Origin: Mantamonas sphyraenae STR306
Lineage: Eukaryota > Protista > CRuMs
NCBI GenBank assembly: GCA_026936335.1
Contig: JAPMXV010000056.1
Coordinates: 248,001 to 312,000, forward strand
Direction: 5' to 3'
DNA length: 64,000 nt
The notes under the pieces were generated by a model that was given only the letters and a program-made list of their open reading frames with translations, was not told the origin of the DNA and made no database searches. Both the position numbers and the translations under genes were made by a program. Each line of letters opens with the position of its first letter. Position 1 is the stretch's first letter. Shown piece by piece: positions 61,701 to 64,000 of the stretch.

Positions 61701-64000
61701 TCGTCGTCGATGTGGTCGTCCCAGCCCCTGTCGTCGTCTTGTTGTTGCTGTTGTTCTTCCCACCGCTCGCCTTCTTCCTCTTCATGCTGGCTGCATCTGC
61801 CTGCGCTTGCGATGCCTCCAGGCCCGTGGACGCGTTCGAGGCCTCGCTACGTGCAGCCTCCAGCTCCTCAATCGAAGGCCGCTTGCCTTCGTTGTAGATG
61901 CTCCTGTCGCGAAAGGGGATCTTGAGCACCTTGAGCAGCTCGCCCAGCTCCAGACCCAGCAGCAGGTGCAGGTGAGGGTACTGACTGTGCACATGCACCA
62001 CACTGGTCGACCCTGCATGCTGCCCCGTCGGCGTAAACAGATACTCCAGCATGTCCGCCTTGATCTTGGCCACCGATTCGGCTTCAATGCGTCCCTTGGG
62101 GTAGCGCTTGCCCGAAAACGTCAGACGCAGGTACAGGAGGGTGCGGAACAGAATGACCTCCAAATCGTCGGCGTCTGCGCCTTCGTCTCGCCGCAGACGT
62201 GCCAGCTCCTGCAACAGGTCCTTCAGCGGTGTCACATAGTCACCGAGGGCGTTGTTGAACATGTAGATGAGCGCGTTGTACAGGTGACCCTGACGACACA
62301 ACTTGACCACGTTGTGAAAGTCCAGGTTGGTCACATTCATGTGTAGGATGCACTGTTCCACACGTCGCAGCAGCCCCTGCTGCTCAAAGTGGGACACCAT
62401 GGCCTTCATGACCCCCGGTGACAGGGTGGGCAGCTTGTCGTTCAACACATACGGCTCCAGCAACTCTACAAACAGGCCCGCGTGTCCAATATCCCTGAAC
62501 TTCCACCAGATCTGCTCAAACAGCAGGTCGGTGCGGTCGATGGTCTGGCAGTAATCAATGCACGTGCCACCCACGTTCCGGTAGTGATTGCTGATCGCCT
62601 GTGTGTTCAGACCCAGCTTCAGCTCCATCGACGGCGACATGGCACTCTCCACGTACTTGAGCAGCAACTCGGCAATGTAGTCGCGTGTGATCTCGCGGAT
62701 GGCCTCCATGTTGCGTGGCAGACCCACCACCGCCTTGCCGCGACCCTCGTAAAACTCCAGGGCCAGACTGAGGGCGTCCAGCCAGTCGTGGTTCACCACG
62801 TGCAGCTCGATGCGGTCCTTCCACGAGAGGATGGAGACGGTCTGCACCTTGTCCACCCCCAACAGGTAGCACACGTTGCGGAAGCAGCACATGCTGTTGT
62901 GAAAGCAGTTTTCCATGCTGCCCGTGGGCGAAATGAAGCGGTTGTGAAACACCAGCGCCGCGCTGGACACGTCGACCACCTCCAGTTCCTGCAGGGCAAA
63001 CGGGTCAAACACACGCAATTGAGAATCGGTGGTCAGAAGCAGCACCACCTGTTCACCCAGCCATGTGATTCCGGCCAACTCGGTGTCGGTGACATAGTCC
63101 GCCACTGGCAGAAAGTCAAGCTTCACAGGCGCACGTGGGTCGTCCTGCGAGGCAAACACTTGATGCATCTGAATCTTGGTGCCCCACACAATCGTCAAAA
63201 TGGGAGGCAATGGCTTGCGGGGCACACTGGCCTGCTTCTCCTTGCCGTTTTTGCCACTGCTGCTACTGCTGCTCCCACTGCTGCTCCCACTGCTGCTGCT
63301 GTCGGTGGGACTTGTGGCTCCGTCGGGCAGCAGCACGGGACGCCACGAGAGACACGGGAGGGCTCCCGAACGCACGTTCTTGGGCACGTCCAACGATTTA
63401 CAGATGATGACCTCAGGCTTCAGGGAAATGATGAGGCAGCGTGTCCAAGTGCAGATGGCAATGAGGGCAAAGTGGTCTGTGGGATGCTGCACGGCGCCCG
63501 GAGGCAGCACGGCCAGGGCGACGATTTGTCCGCCGCTGCCGTTGACCACACACTGCGAGTCCACCATGTGCATCATAAACATCTTGGAGATGGTGTGGAG
63601 AAACACAGTGCCTTTGGCATCCACAGAGAGCACCGAAGAACGACCCTCGATGAAATGCACATTGGTGATGGGTGCCGTGTGCTGGTCGGCAATGTTTTTC
63701 AGCACGTCCTGGTTCTTCAGCTCCCACACAAGCACCTCGCCTGAAAGATAGCCCACCACAATCCACTCGCCGTCGTCGGAGATGTCCAACGCCGTCACCG
63801 AACCATGGTTGGTCTCCTTCTCCCCCAGGATGATGCGCAGGTTCTCGCTTTTGTCAAACACAAAGATGATCCCTGTGCTCAGGCCAATCGTGATGTAGTT
63901 TGGATGCACCGCCATGGCTGCCGGTTCCCCTGCTGTGCTACGCACGTCGTCCTTGTCCAGCTTCTTGGTGATCCGTTCCATGATCGCCACCTTGCTCAGC
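58780..64000 (-). CDS. VPS8: Vacuolar protein sorting 8 (CORVET subunit); 5' end beyond the window
   Basis: N-terminal WD40 propeller, LELYEG..AVVGLP-type motif, LEPYVLND, VEQCILHM..LD..VVKLC...LYNALIY..N..L.DYVTPL, clathrin-like repeat, C-terminal RING-like C..C...CRHAFHTSC...CPMC. Confidence 0.93.
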   Translation of the reverse strand, partial: LSKVAIMERITKKLDKDDVRSTAGEPAAMAVHPNYITIGLSTGIIFVFDKSENLRIILGEKETNHGSVTALDISDDGEWIVVGYLSGEVLVWELKNQDVLKNIADQHTAPITNVHFIEGRSSVLSVDAKGTVFLHTISKMFMMHMVDSQCVVNGSGGQIVALAVLPPGAVQHPTDHFALIAICTWTRCLIISLKPEVIICKSLDVPKNVRSGALPCLSWRPVLLPDGATSPTDSSSSGSSSGSSSSSSGKNGKEKQASVPRKPLPPILTIVWGTKIQMHQVFASQDDPRAPVKLDFLPVADYVTDTELAGITWLGEQVVLLLTTDSQLRVFDPFALQELEVVDVSSAALVFHNRFISPTGSMENCFHNSMCCFRNVCYLLGVDKVQTVSILSWKDRIELHVVNHDWLDALSLALEFYEGRGKAVVGLPRNMEAIREITRDYIAELLLKYVESAMSPSMELKLGLNTQAISNHYRNVGGTCIDYCQTIDRTDLLFEQIWWKFRDIGHAGLFVELLEPYVLNDKLPTLSPGVMKAMVSHFEQQGLLRRVEQCILHMNVTNLDFHNVVKLCRQGHLYNALIYMFNNALGDYVTPLKDLLQELARLRRDEGADADDLEVILFRTLLYLRLTFSGKRYPKGRIEAESVAKIKADMLEYLFTPTGQHAGSTSVVHVHSQYPHLHLLLGLELGELLKVLKIPFRDRSIYNEGKRPSIEELEAARSEASNASTGLEASQAQADAASMKRKKASGGKNNSNNKTTTGAGTTTSTTTSSSSSTTGTSAGSTTSKRERAESYWKQLSTGSADKQTQQTQQTQQQQKEKGKEETSSTSSFWGKFGWSSSSSSSTSNNSSNTTAETAKKERQNSESERARRAAAEEAEREAAVAEAEAAAEAEAAAAQAEAAREAAAAAAERQRALEAAAAERYGAEERGRWFRVLSSLLLDPLHENGDARRSRRMTKGMVERMVAVKKEMEAVGGEWPYTWEAVEPFLDFAVGLIVDGHVPANAVDSSMVNHLLEHLTSVKTSSMAEEKELQLVELLQALPQGAYDDAVVLMMTETVEFHLVTRMVYTKRKQYGKVLACYLKDSLRRKSIFRWVHGLVAGTQVTQGAGGVDTNGSGGEGAVALNQKELAEITRAVMDALVELMEIDATQATELILQVFPAQHDAAIQRLGSFPKLQFEFMKGTFVQGPSGRARRERLSEFGIQISPQLQEQYIQLMCQFTPEAVYTYLRNDDNYRLDHCLHLCQQYKITDATAFLLERTGDLTGALDLIVANLDTLLERMRDALVAFFERNPGMAEELLLASQSSTNGRTRASSRAMGVELLRRSRSHGPVRMRKVHAGEQGKEDEDEDEEKQGEEAEKKEAEEEEEEEERMEDLDEVKQLEHTLDMGIQLCQRNSQRLDDQESERLWFTLLDKLLIPLSNLDAVGASQRTSDQGSLKDRHASAYAALHSHVTGLIKDILRNMMGYVALPSIIKKIVADHGQEQFGEFKGIIQGMLETYRYERTLLETANKLIADDSFRGLYHLYRRSIDATTAKFDVCGVCEGQFDQPPLQLRGSSQNVGDNRVAVALFNCRHAFHTSCLRDEERCPMCSSARSGRAREAAARAKMRQHVTQREQQQEGVHTVSSVAGSSSSAGESLLQSQATQVQEAKYVRRLQRYERVNDKIASAAQSRAHGYAPRKDSLLDEFLTNKYYMGEGTVGEPQPGMLAGTEPKSSRTCELDIEAYVGGDGLGLDDFEEWDG

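Overview
Very gene-dense, GC-rich eukaryotic microbial (protist-like) DNA. It has short GT-AG introns rich in (CA)n/(TG)n, intergenic gaps often around 50 bp, and cilium-associated genes (TPGS2, kinesin-9). About 26 protein genes are supportable: CLC channel, TPGS2, ankyrin-LRR-Roc-COR, TOP1, homocysteine S-methyltransferase, LRR-Roc-COR-CLU, UBE2E x2, an STI1-domain protein, ZC3H15, WDR70, RNASEK x2, Rsa3-like, ARM-PB1-WH2/VCA, a two-pore channel, RRN3, CARNMT1, KIF9, glyoxalase II, RMI1, TRAP-beta-like, VPS8 and a few orphans. The standout is a ~6.0 kb element (13711-19690) inserted between the convergent TOP1 and HMT genes. It is bounded by TA|CAGG...CCTG|TA with imperfect terminal inverted repeats and encodes one intronless 1875-aa protein. 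That protein's C-terminus carries an apparently intact Fanzor/TnpB-type rearranged RuvC triad, and a strong GC hairpin overlaps the ORF 3' end (candidate omega-RNA), so it looks like an unusually large RNA-guided nuclease. Other oddities are a candidate new Arp2/3 activator (ARM-PB1-polyPro-VCA), a Roco-CLU fusion, near-identical shuffled ankyrin repeats, and two interleaved gene-sized inverted duplications. Four single-base frameshifts at homopolymers suggest consensus errors. All calls come from reading motifs by eye; no database search was run.
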